Assembly (NCBI GenBank): GCA_963675785.1
Contig: OY776562.1
Span: 2,688,001-2,752,000, forward strand
From: Anaerolineae bacterium
GTDB lineage: Bacteria; Chloroflexota; Anaerolineae; UBA1429
Direction: 5' to 3'
DNA: 64,000 bases
Part shown: positions 1 to 7,887 of the stretch, piece by piece
How positions within the stretch are numbered: position 1 is the first letter of the stretch
How the letters are laid out: every line of letters begins with the position of its first letter
The notes under the pieces: generated by a model
What the model was told of the DNA's origin: nothing
The model's input: only the letters and a program-made list of their open reading frames with translations
Databases searched by the model: none
Translations under genes and position numbers: made by a program

Positions 1-2
1 GG

Positions 3-191
3 CTTTTTGGCGGCGGAGATGCCGCAGCTGCTGCAGGACAAGCCTGCCACAGTGCTTGCCACAGCGCCTGCGTACACGATGCTTGCCATAGTGCTTGCGT
101 GCATGATGCTTGCCACAGTGCCTGCCATAGCGCCTGTGTGCATAGCGCTTGCCACAGTGCCTGTCATAGCGCCTGCGTAAGCCGTGTCTAG
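3..191 (+). CDS. 3' end of a truncated CDS with a Cys/His-rich repeat tail; putative radical SAM substrate
   Basis: Manual translation from nt 3: [62 protein letters not shown], with TAG at 189-191. Repeat units differ mainly at synonymous positions. The ORF ends 30 nt before the radical SAM gene. Its start is outside the window. Confidence 0.85.
   Translation, partial: LFGGGDAAAAAGQACHSACHSACVHDACHSACVHDACHSACHSACVHSACHSACHSACVSRV
42..179 (+). repeat. Coding tandem repeat of 12/15-nt units (ACHS / ACVH[DS])
   Basis: gc(c/t)tg(c/t)ca(c/t)ag(t/c) units. 11 Cys codons, spaced 4,4,5,4,5,4,4,5,4,4 residues. Confidence 0.9.
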
Positions 192-221
192 TCGTAAGAA
201 AATACCTGGAAAGGCTATTTC

Positions 222-1634
222 ATGTCTATAGAATCTGCGGAACGGCTACAAAGCCTTGCAGATCAGCTCATCAACTCCACCAGGAGTTACATATACATTC
301 GGCCGGAGGACGGCCTTATCATCCTCCGCCCGAACCGTTTGCACTATTTGAACAAGACTGCCGTCTTTGAGCTGCAAACCCTATATGACGATCCCGACGG
401 GCCCAATACTGAAAAGGTCGTTCAACTGGTCTGTGAGCGTTACGGCGCCGAACCGAACCAAGTTCGCGAAGACTTGGAAAAGCTGCTTTACAGTCTTTCG
501 GCACTGCTAAACGACGACATCAGCATGGCACCCAGCGCGCATATCATGCGTTTTGGCTCGCACAATCGTCAATTGCCAGTACTCTCTGAAGTGGCACTGA
601 CCTACAACTGCCAGAACAAATGCACTTTTTGCTATGCCGATGCGCCCAAGCGTGGATCAGAATTGCCCGAAATGACCACCGAGCAGGTCAAGGTGATCAT
701 TGACCGCATCTATGACGAGGCCCACTGCCCAACGTTGTCGTTTACTGGGGGAGAGCCCACGCTGCGCAAGGATTTGCCCGAGCTGATTCGTTATGCCAAG
801 GGCAAAGGCTTGCGTGTCAACCTGATCACCAACGGCGTCAAGCTGGCTGATATGGCTTTTGTGCAAAGCCTGGCTGATGCCGGGCTGGATTCCGCTCAGG
901 TCAGCATCGAGGGTGGTTCGGCTGAGGTGCATGATGCCATTACCCGCAATCCGGGCTCGTGGGCCAAGGCCACACAGGGTGTCAAGAATCTACGTGCCTG
1001 TAATATTCATGCTCACACCAATACCACCATCTGTGGCCGTAACCGCGATCACCTGCAAGAGCTAGTGGAATTTGCAGCAAAAGAGCTGGGCTCTAGTTAT
1101 TTTTCGATGAACATGGTTATCCGCACGGGCACAGCCTTGCGGCACGATGAAGACGATATGTCTTACGAGAGCATGGCGCCCATCATCAAAGACGTGCAGC
1201 GCTTTGCCGATGAGGCCAACATCCATTTTGAGTGGTATTCGCCGGTGCCTTACTGCATGTTCAACCCTGTGCAGGCCGGTTTGGGCAGCAAGTCCTGTGC
1301 CTGCGTCGATGGCCTGCTCTCAGTAAATCCGGCAGGACAGCTCATTCCTTGCTCTAGCTTTGGCCAGGGCATTGGTGACTTGTTGAATGAGCCTTTTGAA
1401 AAAGTGTGGAATTCGCGTACGGCGCTGTATTGGCGTCGCAAAGAGTTTATGCCGCCCATGTGCCAAAAGTGTGAGATCAGCGATATCTGCTGCGGCGCCT
1501 GCCCGCTTTACTGGGAGCAGCGAGGCTGTTTTGATGAGCTAGAACCCTATGCGCCGGGGGGAAAGCTTTTTTCCAATGCACTATGGCGCCTACGAAAGCG
1601 CCTGTGGTCGGGTACACACGGCGTTGGGCTTTGA
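222..1634 (+). CDS. Radical SAM/SPASM peptide-maturase-like enzyme with N-terminal PqqD-like (RRE) domain
   Basis: CQNKCTFC (CxxxCxxC) and TGGEP motifs. SPASM-type cysteines in SCAC...PC...CQKC-x5-CCGAC. N-terminal ~95 aa resembles PqqD (LNKTA...LCERYG..PNQVREDL). Confidence 0.9.
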   Translation: MSIESAERLQSLADQLINSTRSYIYIRPEDGLIILRPNRLHYLNKTAVFELQTLYDDPDGPNTEKVVQLVCERYGAEPNQVREDLEKLLYSLSALLNDDISMAPSAHIMRFGSHNRQLPVLSEVALTYNCQNKCTFCYADAPKRGSELPEMTTEQVKVIIDRIYDEAHCPTLSFTGGEPTLRKDLPELIRYAKGKGLRVNLITNGVKLADMAFVQSLADAGLDSAQVSIEGGSAEVHDAITRNPGSWAKATQGVKNLRACNIHAHTNTTICGRNRDHLQELVEFAAKELGSSYFSMNMVIRTGTALRHDEDDMSYESMAPIIKDVQRFADEANIHFEWYSPVPYCMFNPVQAGLGSKSCACVDGLLSVNPAGQLIPCSSFGQGIGDLLNEPFEKVWNSRTALYWRRKEFMPPMCQKCEISDICCGACPLYWEQRGCFDELEPYAPGGKLFSNALWRLRKRLWSGTHGVGL

Positions 1635-1648
1635 TTGGGGAGGTATAC

Positions 1649-2833
1649 ATGCCTGATACTACCTATAAAACGCGTAGTGTAGAGCTGGGCAACTTTCACG
1701 GCTATTTGGAAAAGAAAATCCAAGAGCTAGAGCGCTGTGAAGAGAGCCTGAACCAAGCACGAACCCGTCTTACCGAGGAATTCAAAGCAGTGATGGCAAG
1801 CTGGCAAGAGCTTTATGGCTATTGCTATCCTACGCTCACGCAAATGCGGCATGAGGTGCCTGCTGATTTCAAGGAGCGAATCGACCGCATTGAGACCGAA
1901 GAGCTGAAAAAAATCAGTCAAGAGATTGCCGACTTACAGCAAGAAATCACAGAGAAACGCGCCCGCTCTGACGAACTACTCGGCCTGGCCCAGGGTGAAG
2001 TAGAGCAGATGCGCAAGCAAAACCCAGAGATCGACGAGCGCGAAGAAGCCCTCAAAGCTCAAGTCGTTAAATACCAGGATGACTATGCCGACGCCTATGA
2101 AGAAATCGATCGTCTCTCTCATGGTGCATTCGGCTGGTTGACTAACGCCGGATCCCTGCGTGCCCAGAAAAAGCGCCAAAAACAGGCGCGCAAGCAACAG
2201 GAAAAGGCACTGGAAAAACTGCGGCAAGTGCGCCAGGAATGGCTCACAAAAGTAGAAAGCGCCGCTGATACCCAATCCGAATTACGCGAAGAATGGCAAA
2301 CCGTGGGGGTGCGCCTGGCTGAAGCCGAGACGCGGCTAGAATATCTCACAAGCAACACAGAAAAACTGGGCGAACAGAATGCCATCAAGCGCATACTCGA
2401 CGAGATGACCACCTCCCCACAAGCCGACGGGGAATTGGGTGAAAAGCTTGCTGCCTTTGCTCAGCAAAATGTGCTACGCAAACAGTACGAACGTGGAGTC
2501 TCTGCCGCTGCCGAGTTTACTGGCTATACCCGCGGCGTCGTCAAAGGCGTGCGCACATTCGATAGCAGCGTGGCCAAGGTTATCACCGAGCAAAAACGCT
2601 ATAGCTTGAGCCGCGTCGAATTGGTCATCCAGGAATCGGCACAAGAGATGCTCGACATCTGGTACAACGTGCGCAGTGAACTGAGCAAGAACAAGGGATT
2701 CTCGCAACACCCGGCCGACCTGGCTGACTTGTTGGAACCCATCATCAAAACGCAACTGACCAACGAGAAAATTGCTGACCTTTTCGAATCGATGGGCAAA
2801 GCTCTTAATCGCGGAACCGCCGTTTGGGGCTAA
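1649..2833 (+). CDS. Long coiled-coil hypothetical protein
   Basis: E/Q/K/R-rich heptad pattern. GGAGG precedes ATG 1649, which is preferred over the track start at 1583. Confidence 0.7.
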   Translation: MPDTTYKTRSVELGNFHGYLEKKIQELERCEESLNQARTRLTEEFKAVMASWQELYGYCYPTLTQMRHEVPADFKERIDRIETEELKKISQEIADLQQEITEKRARSDELLGLAQGEVEQMRKQNPEIDEREEALKAQVVKYQDDYADAYEEIDRLSHGAFGWLTNAGSLRAQKKRQKQARKQQEKALEKLRQVRQEWLTKVESAADTQSELREEWQTVGVRLAEAETRLEYLTSNTEKLGEQNAIKRILDEMTTSPQADGELGEKLAAFAQQNVLRKQYERGVSAAAEFTGYTRGVVKGVRTFDSSVAKVITEQKRYSLSRVELVIQESAQEMLDIWYNVRSELSKNKGFSQHPADLADLLEPIIKTQLTNEKIADLFESMGKALNRGTAVWG

Positions 2834-2851
2834 CCTGACTGGAGTAATTCG

Positions 2852-3343
2852 ATGAAAAAGTTCCCATACATCCTACTTTCGCTGACTTCTATCCCGTTCC
2901 TGGCCTTGGGGCTCCTCTTTTTGATTTCGGCAGTAGGGAATAGCACGCGCCTATTGCCAGGGCTCGCCTTCATCGCCATCGGCATCTTTTTGCTAGTCAT
3001 CGGTCTGCGCAAGTTGCGTAGAATTGCGGCCACCAGCCCCGATGTGCTGCGCACCGGTGCCATTGACCTAGCCAAACAACTGGGGGGCGAACTCACTGTG
3101 TCGCAGCTCCGCGCCGAATTCAAAATCTCGCAGCAGCAGGCGCAAGATGTGTTGAGCCAGCTCGAGGCTGAAGGCAACTGTGAGCGTGAACAGCGCGAAG
3201 AGCGTCTCGTCTATGTATTCAACGGATTGCTGCCTTCTATGGTTGAAAAATCCTGCCCTTACTGCGGTAACAAACTCCCTGTTCGCAGTTCACTGCGCAA
3301 GTGTCCCAACTGCGGTGCTCAACTAGAAATCACCAAATCATGA
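2852..3343 (+). CDS. Membrane protein: 2 TM helices, winged-helix-like middle, C-terminal zinc ribbon
   Basis: Two N-terminal hydrophobic segments; GGELTVSQLRAEFKISQQQAQDVL; CPYC...CPNC. Confidence 0.75.
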   Translation: MKKFPYILLSLTSIPFLALGLLFLISAVGNSTRLLPGLAFIAIGIFLLVIGLRKLRRIAATSPDVLRTGAIDLAKQLGGELTVSQLRAEFKISQQQAQDVLSQLEAEGNCEREQREERLVYVFNGLLPSMVEKSCPYCGNKLPVRSSLRKCPNCGAQLEITKS

Positions 3344-5124
3344 AGCTCCAGCGTCTCCTGCTGGGCCTGGGTTTACTTTTGTGCATAGCCATCCTTGCCT
3401 CATTGGCAATTCGCGCAATACCAGGTCCCGCTGGAGAGATTGAGCCGTTCGATTCACTCTTTGAGGGTATCATCCGAGAGGATGAATACCCTCAAAGCAA
3501 AGAGTACGTCCTCGGTGATCTCGCCTCCATCCCCATCGTTCAAAACAGTACCTCAGATCGCACCTGGATCGAGGCCAGTCTGGTAGCTCAATCTGATGAC
3601 CTAGTCATCTGGTTGGAGGATGGCCTTGTCGTTGAGCAAGAGGCCTTCGATCACATCCTCTCTGTTTTTGAAGAGTCGTCTCTCCCAGTTCTCGCAGCCG
3701 TCTATCCCGACGAAACCAGTTCACTGGCTAGCGAGGAGCGTTTCAATATTGTCATTGCACAGTATAGTGGTTCGTCTGGCTATTTTTCCTCGTGGGTGAC
3801 CACAGACGCCCCCAGTAATGCCGTCTATGTTTCAGTCGTGTTGAACATCGCTGCTGAACCGGGCAATGATACCTTTGATTCGGTGCTAGTTCATGAGATG
3901 GGTCATTACTTGCAATGGCTGGCCGATGATGACGAAGACACCTGGGTCAGCGAGGGATTCTCGACGCTCATCGAAGACCTCTGCGGCTATACTACCTCAC
4001 AACGCGCCACCATTGCCTACGGTCTACCTTCGGATACCCAACTGAACACTTGGGGATCGCAAAACTCTGCCTCCCACTATGCCATCTCCTTTGCCTTTTT
4101 TCGTTTTCTCCATGACCGCTACGGCATAGAAGCCATTACCGATATCGCCCATTCGCCCGCGAATGGCTTGGAGGGCATACTCGACGGCCTGGCAGCAGCC
4201 GGTTTCGAGATCGACGAGCAAGACTTGATGGCAGATTGGGCCTTGGCTGGCGTCGCCGCCACAGCCGGTATGCCCGAATACGGCTATGCAGATATGGAGC
4301 CGCATGTCGTGCCCTATCCCTTGTCCTCCGCCTCAGATTCGTATGCCCAAGAAACTGCCGAATACGCCACCGACTATTACTTGATAGATACACGCACCCC
4401 CATCACCCTGACTTTCTCTGGAGAGACTACAACATCGCTCATGCCCCAGCCTCCAATGGAAACGAGGGTGTGGTGGTCGGGTAACGGAGACCGGCAAACA
4501 ACCTGGCTAGAGTTGGAACTGGATCTTACGGACATGCAGACTGCCAACCTGAGCTATGACCTCTGGTACGAGTTAGAAGAACGCTGGGATTGGGCCTATG
4601 CGCTGGTCTCAACACCTGATGATAAAGAATGGACACCTCTTCAAACCGCTAATATAGCTCAGGAGAATCAGGAAAACGGGTGGTTCGGTTATACCGGCAT
4701 GTCAGGTTCTGCAGAAGATGAGGGGAAATGGGTAGAAGAGATTGTGAATCTGGATGCCTATTGCGGCCAAGTCATCCATCTACGCATTCAGTGCGAGAGC
4801 GACGATGCCATCAATTTGGGGGGAATTGCCTTGTGTGATGTGCGGCTCAACGATGTGTCGGTGGCCTCTGGGGGAGCAGAAGCTCGTTCGGTGTGGCGCA
4901 CCCATGGATTCAAGCACGTTTGGCCAACCGTAACACAGGATTATGTGGTACAGATCATCTCTCCTGAGGCGAAAAGTGTGGAACGGCTCGAACTCACAGA
5001 GGAGGAAACACAAATCGCCCTCTCCCCTGAACAGGGTGAGAGTGTCATTCTGGCCATAACGCCCCTGGCCAGGTGGACCATCTATCCTGCCGAATACTCC
5101 CTAGACCTTGAATACCTCGACTAG
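3340..5124 (+). CDS. Secreted or anchored zinc metalloprotease (immune inhibitor A / M6-M30-like)
   Basis: N-terminal signal/TM. VLVHEMGH followed by TWVSEG. C-terminal WYELEERWDWAY beta-sandwich as in InhA-like proteins. ATGA overlap with the upstream stop. Confidence 0.75.
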   Translation: MKLQRLLLGLGLLLCIAILASLAIRAIPGPAGEIEPFDSLFEGIIREDEYPQSKEYVLGDLASIPIVQNSTSDRTWIEASLVAQSDDLVIWLEDGLVVEQEAFDHILSVFEESSLPVLAAVYPDETSSLASEERFNIVIAQYSGSSGYFSSWVTTDAPSNAVYVSVVLNIAAEPGNDTFDSVLVHEMGHYLQWLADDDEDTWVSEGFSTLIEDLCGYTTSQRATIAYGLPSDTQLNTWGSQNSASHYAISFAFFRFLHDRYGIEAITDIAHSPANGLEGILDGLAAAGFEIDEQDLMADWALAGVAATAGMPEYGYADMEPHVVPYPLSSASDSYAQETAEYATDYYLIDTRTPITLTFSGETTTSLMPQPPMETRVWWSGNGDRQTTWLELELDLTDMQTANLSYDLWYELEERWDWAYALVSTPDDKEWTPLQTANIAQENQENGWFGYTGMSGSAEDEGKWVEEIVNLDAYCGQVIHLRIQCESDDAINLGGIALCDVRLNDVSVASGGAEARSVWRTHGFKHVWPTVTQDYVVQIISPEAKSVERLELTEEETQIALSPEQGESVILAITPLARWTIYPAEYSLDLEYLD

Positions 5125-6474
5125 GCGTCGCGCCAATTGATCCTCTTGTTCCGGCAACACCGTGCGCAAATCGATCAAGAGACGATCCTGCTGAATGCGC
5201 GCTACCACCGCAGGGCTGCCAGTGCGTAGGGCAGCCGCTTGTTCCACCGTTACGGAGATGCTCAACAAAAAGGCGGGGAGGGTTTCATCGGGCAAGGAAC
5301 CGCCACCCACAGCCGAACGGCCTTCGACGATCTCCCAACTACTACCAACAGGCCCCACCTTTTCCAAAAGGGCCTCAGTGCGTTCAGCCAACTCGTCGAG
5401 GGTGGTAGAGATCATTCGCCAAACAGGTACGGCACGCTCAGCCTCGCCCCGCAGGTAATGCAGCAAATTTGCCTGAATGCCAGCGATGGTGGTCTTGTCG
5501 ACGCGTAGGGCACGTGTCAGCGGGAAACCTTTGAGTTGGGCAATGAGCTCGGCCTTGCCGACGATAATACCAGCCTGCGGCCCACCCAACAGTTTGTCGC
5601 CGCTAAAAGTAATGATATCGGCACCGGCCTGCACACTCTCTTGCACCGTAGGTTCGTGCACCAATCCATAGGCCTGCGTATCCAAGAGGGTGCCGCTGCC
5701 CAGGTCGTCAAAGACGGGAATATCGCGTTGATGGGCCAGCTCGACCAATTCTGTTAGTGAAGCTTCATGGGTGAACCCGCGAACCCGGAAATTGCTAGTA
5801 TGCACACGCATCAACGCAGCGGTACCTTCGCCAAGCGCAGCCTCGTAATCGCGAATGTAGGTGCGATTGGTCGTGCCAACCTCAACCAACTGAGCACCAC
5901 TTTGAGTCATCACATCGGGGATACGGAAGCCACCGCCAATCTCCACCAGTTGTCCACGTGAGATGACTACCTCCTGACCACGTGCCAAACAGGAGAGAGT
6001 AAGAAGCACAGCCCCGGCATTGTTGTTCACTAGCAGGGCTGCCTCGGCGCCGGTCAAACGGCATAACAAATTCTCAGCATGGGAATAGCGAGAGCCGCGC
6101 TTGCCGCTTTCCAGATCGAATTCGAGATTGCTATAGCCCTGGCCGGCCTGCTGCATGGCCTGCAACACGGCCCCGCTCAAAGGGGCCCTGCCCAAATTGG
6201 TGTGTAGCACTACACCTGTGGCATTGATCACCGGCACTAGCGAAGGGGCCAACAGAGCCTGGGCAGTAACAAGCACACGCTCACGCAACGTTTGATCACC
6301 ACAGTACTCGGCGCCAGCCAAAATGGCGTGGCGCTCTTGATCAACCTCACGGCGAGCCGCTTCCAAAAGAGTATCACGCCCCAGAGAGGCCAAATATTCA
6401 TCCAGGTCACGCAATAATGCATCTACCGAAGGAAGCGCGCTCAAACGCTGCTGCAAGTCTGTCATAAAAGGCAT
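5101..6474 (-). CDS. selA: L-seryl-tRNA(Sec) selenium transferase (selenocysteine synthase)
   Basis: VINATGVVLHTNLGRAPL, SRGQLVEIGGGFRIPDVM, FSGDKLLGGPQAG, RALRVDK. Confidence 0.97.
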   Translation of the reverse strand: MPFMTDLQQRLSALPSVDALLRDLDEYLASLGRDTLLEAARREVDQERHAILAGAEYCGDQTLRERVLVTAQALLAPSLVPVINATGVVLHTNLGRAPLSGAVLQAMQQAGQGYSNLEFDLESGKRGSRYSHAENLLCRLTGAEAALLVNNNAGAVLLTLSCLARGQEVVISRGQLVEIGGGFRIPDVMTQSGAQLVEVGTTNRTYIRDYEAALGEGTAALMRVHTSNFRVRGFTHEASLTELVELAHQRDIPVFDDLGSGTLLDTQAYGLVHEPTVQESVQAGADIITFSGDKLLGGPQAGIIVGKAELIAQLKGFPLTRALRVDKTTIAGIQANLLHYLRGEAERAVPVWRMISTTLDELAERTEALLEKVGPVGSSWEIVEGRSAVGGGSLPDETLPAFLLSISVTVEQAAALRTGSPAVVARIQQDRLLIDLRTVLPEQEDQLARRLVEVFKV

Positions 6475-6479
6475 ACCTT

Positions 6480-6788
6480 TTACATGTCATTCCATTGGAA
6501 GCGGGCCATATCCACATGGTTGCCAATGAACTCGACGCCCTCTTCTTCTAGCATGAGCCGTTGTAAGGGAACGTTGTTGGCCTCATCCTGGCCGGTACGA
6601 ATCTCCCCCTTGGCATTCACCACACGGTGCCAGGGCACGTCATTTTGAGGTGCAGAACATAAGGCGCGCAAAGCCCAGCCAACGGTTCGAGCAGCACCGG
6701 GAGACCCTACCGCGCGCGCTATCTGGCCATAAGTTACCACATAACCGGCCGGAACCTTGCGCAATGCCGCATAAATCTCCTCGAACAT
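6480..6788 (-). CDS. MGMT-family alkyltransferase-like protein (ATL/YbaZ type)
   Basis: VVTYGQIA, ARTVGWAL and PWHRVVN; Trp replaces the catalytic Cys. Start at ATG 6788 directly after the tsaD stop. Confidence 0.9.
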   Translation of the reverse strand: MFEEIYAALRKVPAGYVVTYGQIARAVGSPGAARTVGWALRALCSAPQNDVPWHRVVNAKGEIRTGQDEANNVPLQRLMLEEEGVEFIGNHVDMARFQWNDM

Positions 6789-6789
6789 G

Positions 6790-7878
6790 CTAGCCCTCCA
6801 CCAAAGCAAGGCTTGGCACCACATCGAGATCAAGGCCGCTACGCGTGCCGTCTAAATAAGCATAGTGGCCAGCCATAGCCACCATCGCGGCGTTATCAGT
6901 GCAGTATTGGATAGGGGGAACGCGCACAGGCACAGGCATGGTTTCGATCATACGCTCTCGCAGAACGCGGTTGGCCGAAACGCCACCAGCCAACAACACC
7001 ATTGCGGCACCGTAACGCTCTGCAGCGGCGCGTGTCTTACAAGTCAAAATATCAACCACGGCATCCTGAAAACTTGCAGCCAGATCAGCCACTGGCAAAA
7101 TCTCGTTGACGTTTTCGGGTGTGGCATCGACCAGCCTTTGGCCACTGGCCTCAACCTCAATGCCCCTCTCGCGTTGTAATTGCTGTACCAGCCTGAGCAC
7201 AGCCGTCTTGAGCCCGCTGAAAGAAAAATCAAATTCGTCGACGTTCAACGAACGAGGCAGTTCAAAAGCGTGAGGATTGCCGTTCTGGGCGGCCTTTTGA
7301 ATACTGGGGCCACCGGGATATTCGAGACCCAGCAGACGGGCGACCTTGTCAAAGGCTTCGCCAGCAGCGTCATCGATAGTACGACCCAACAGCGTGTAAT
7401 CATGATGATCCCGCACCAGTATGAGCGACGTATGCCCACCCGATACCACCAAACATACAGCCGGAAATGCTGGCGCCACAAAATCATCGATAGCAGTATT
7501 GGGCGGCACCAGCCAATTGGCGTATACATGGGCTTCTAGATGATTGATGCCCACCAAAGGCAGATTATGGGCCATGGCGATAGCCTTGGCCGCATTTAAA
7601 CCCACCAACAAAGAACCCGCTAATCCGGGTCCATACACCACGGCCACGGCATCCAGATCAGACCAGGTAACCTCCGCCTTTTCCATCGCCTCGCGGATAG
7701 TTGGTGTAATAGCCAATATGTGCTGGCGAGAGGCCATCTCAGGAAAAACCCCGCCGTACTTGCGGTGCAACTCTATTTGAGAAGCCACCACATTCGAAAG
7801 CAGCTCTCGCCCATCCCGTAGAACGGCAGCAGCCGTCTCGTCGCAAGAGCTTTCTATGCCTAGAATCATTGTCATCAA
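6790..7878 (-). CDS. tsaD: tRNA N6-threonylcarbamoyltransferase
   Basis: LGIESSCDETAAAV, GGVFPEMASRQH, HLEAH, VSGGHT, DDAAGEAFDK, CTDNAAM. Confidence 0.97.
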   Translation of the reverse strand: MMTMILGIESSCDETAAAVLRDGRELLSNVVASQIELHRKYGGVFPEMASRQHILAITPTIREAMEKAEVTWSDLDAVAVVYGPGLAGSLLVGLNAAKAIAMAHNLPLVGINHLEAHVYANWLVPPNTAIDDFVAPAFPAVCLVVSGGHTSLILVRDHHDYTLLGRTIDDAAGEAFDKVARLLGLEYPGGPSIQKAAQNGNPHAFELPRSLNVDEFDFSFSGLKTAVLRLVQQLQRERGIEVEASGQRLVDATPENVNEILPVADLAASFQDAVVDILTCKTRAAAERYGAAMVLLAGGVSANRVLRERMIETMPVPVRVPPIQYCTDNAAMVAMAGHYAYLDGTRSGLDLDVVPSLALVEG

Positions 7879-7887
7879 TCAGATCCC

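Noticed and set aside
42-179. Short tandem repeats as a CRISPR array or non-coding satellite
   Set aside because: Units are 12-15 nt, contiguous with no unique spacers, and vary at third codon positions, so this is a coding repeat. No cas genes are present.
5101-5124. Convergent 3' overlaps (protease/selA 24 nt; HNH/GT39 8 nt)
   Set aside because: Short tail-to-tail overlaps are common in compact genomes, and nothing suggests a function.
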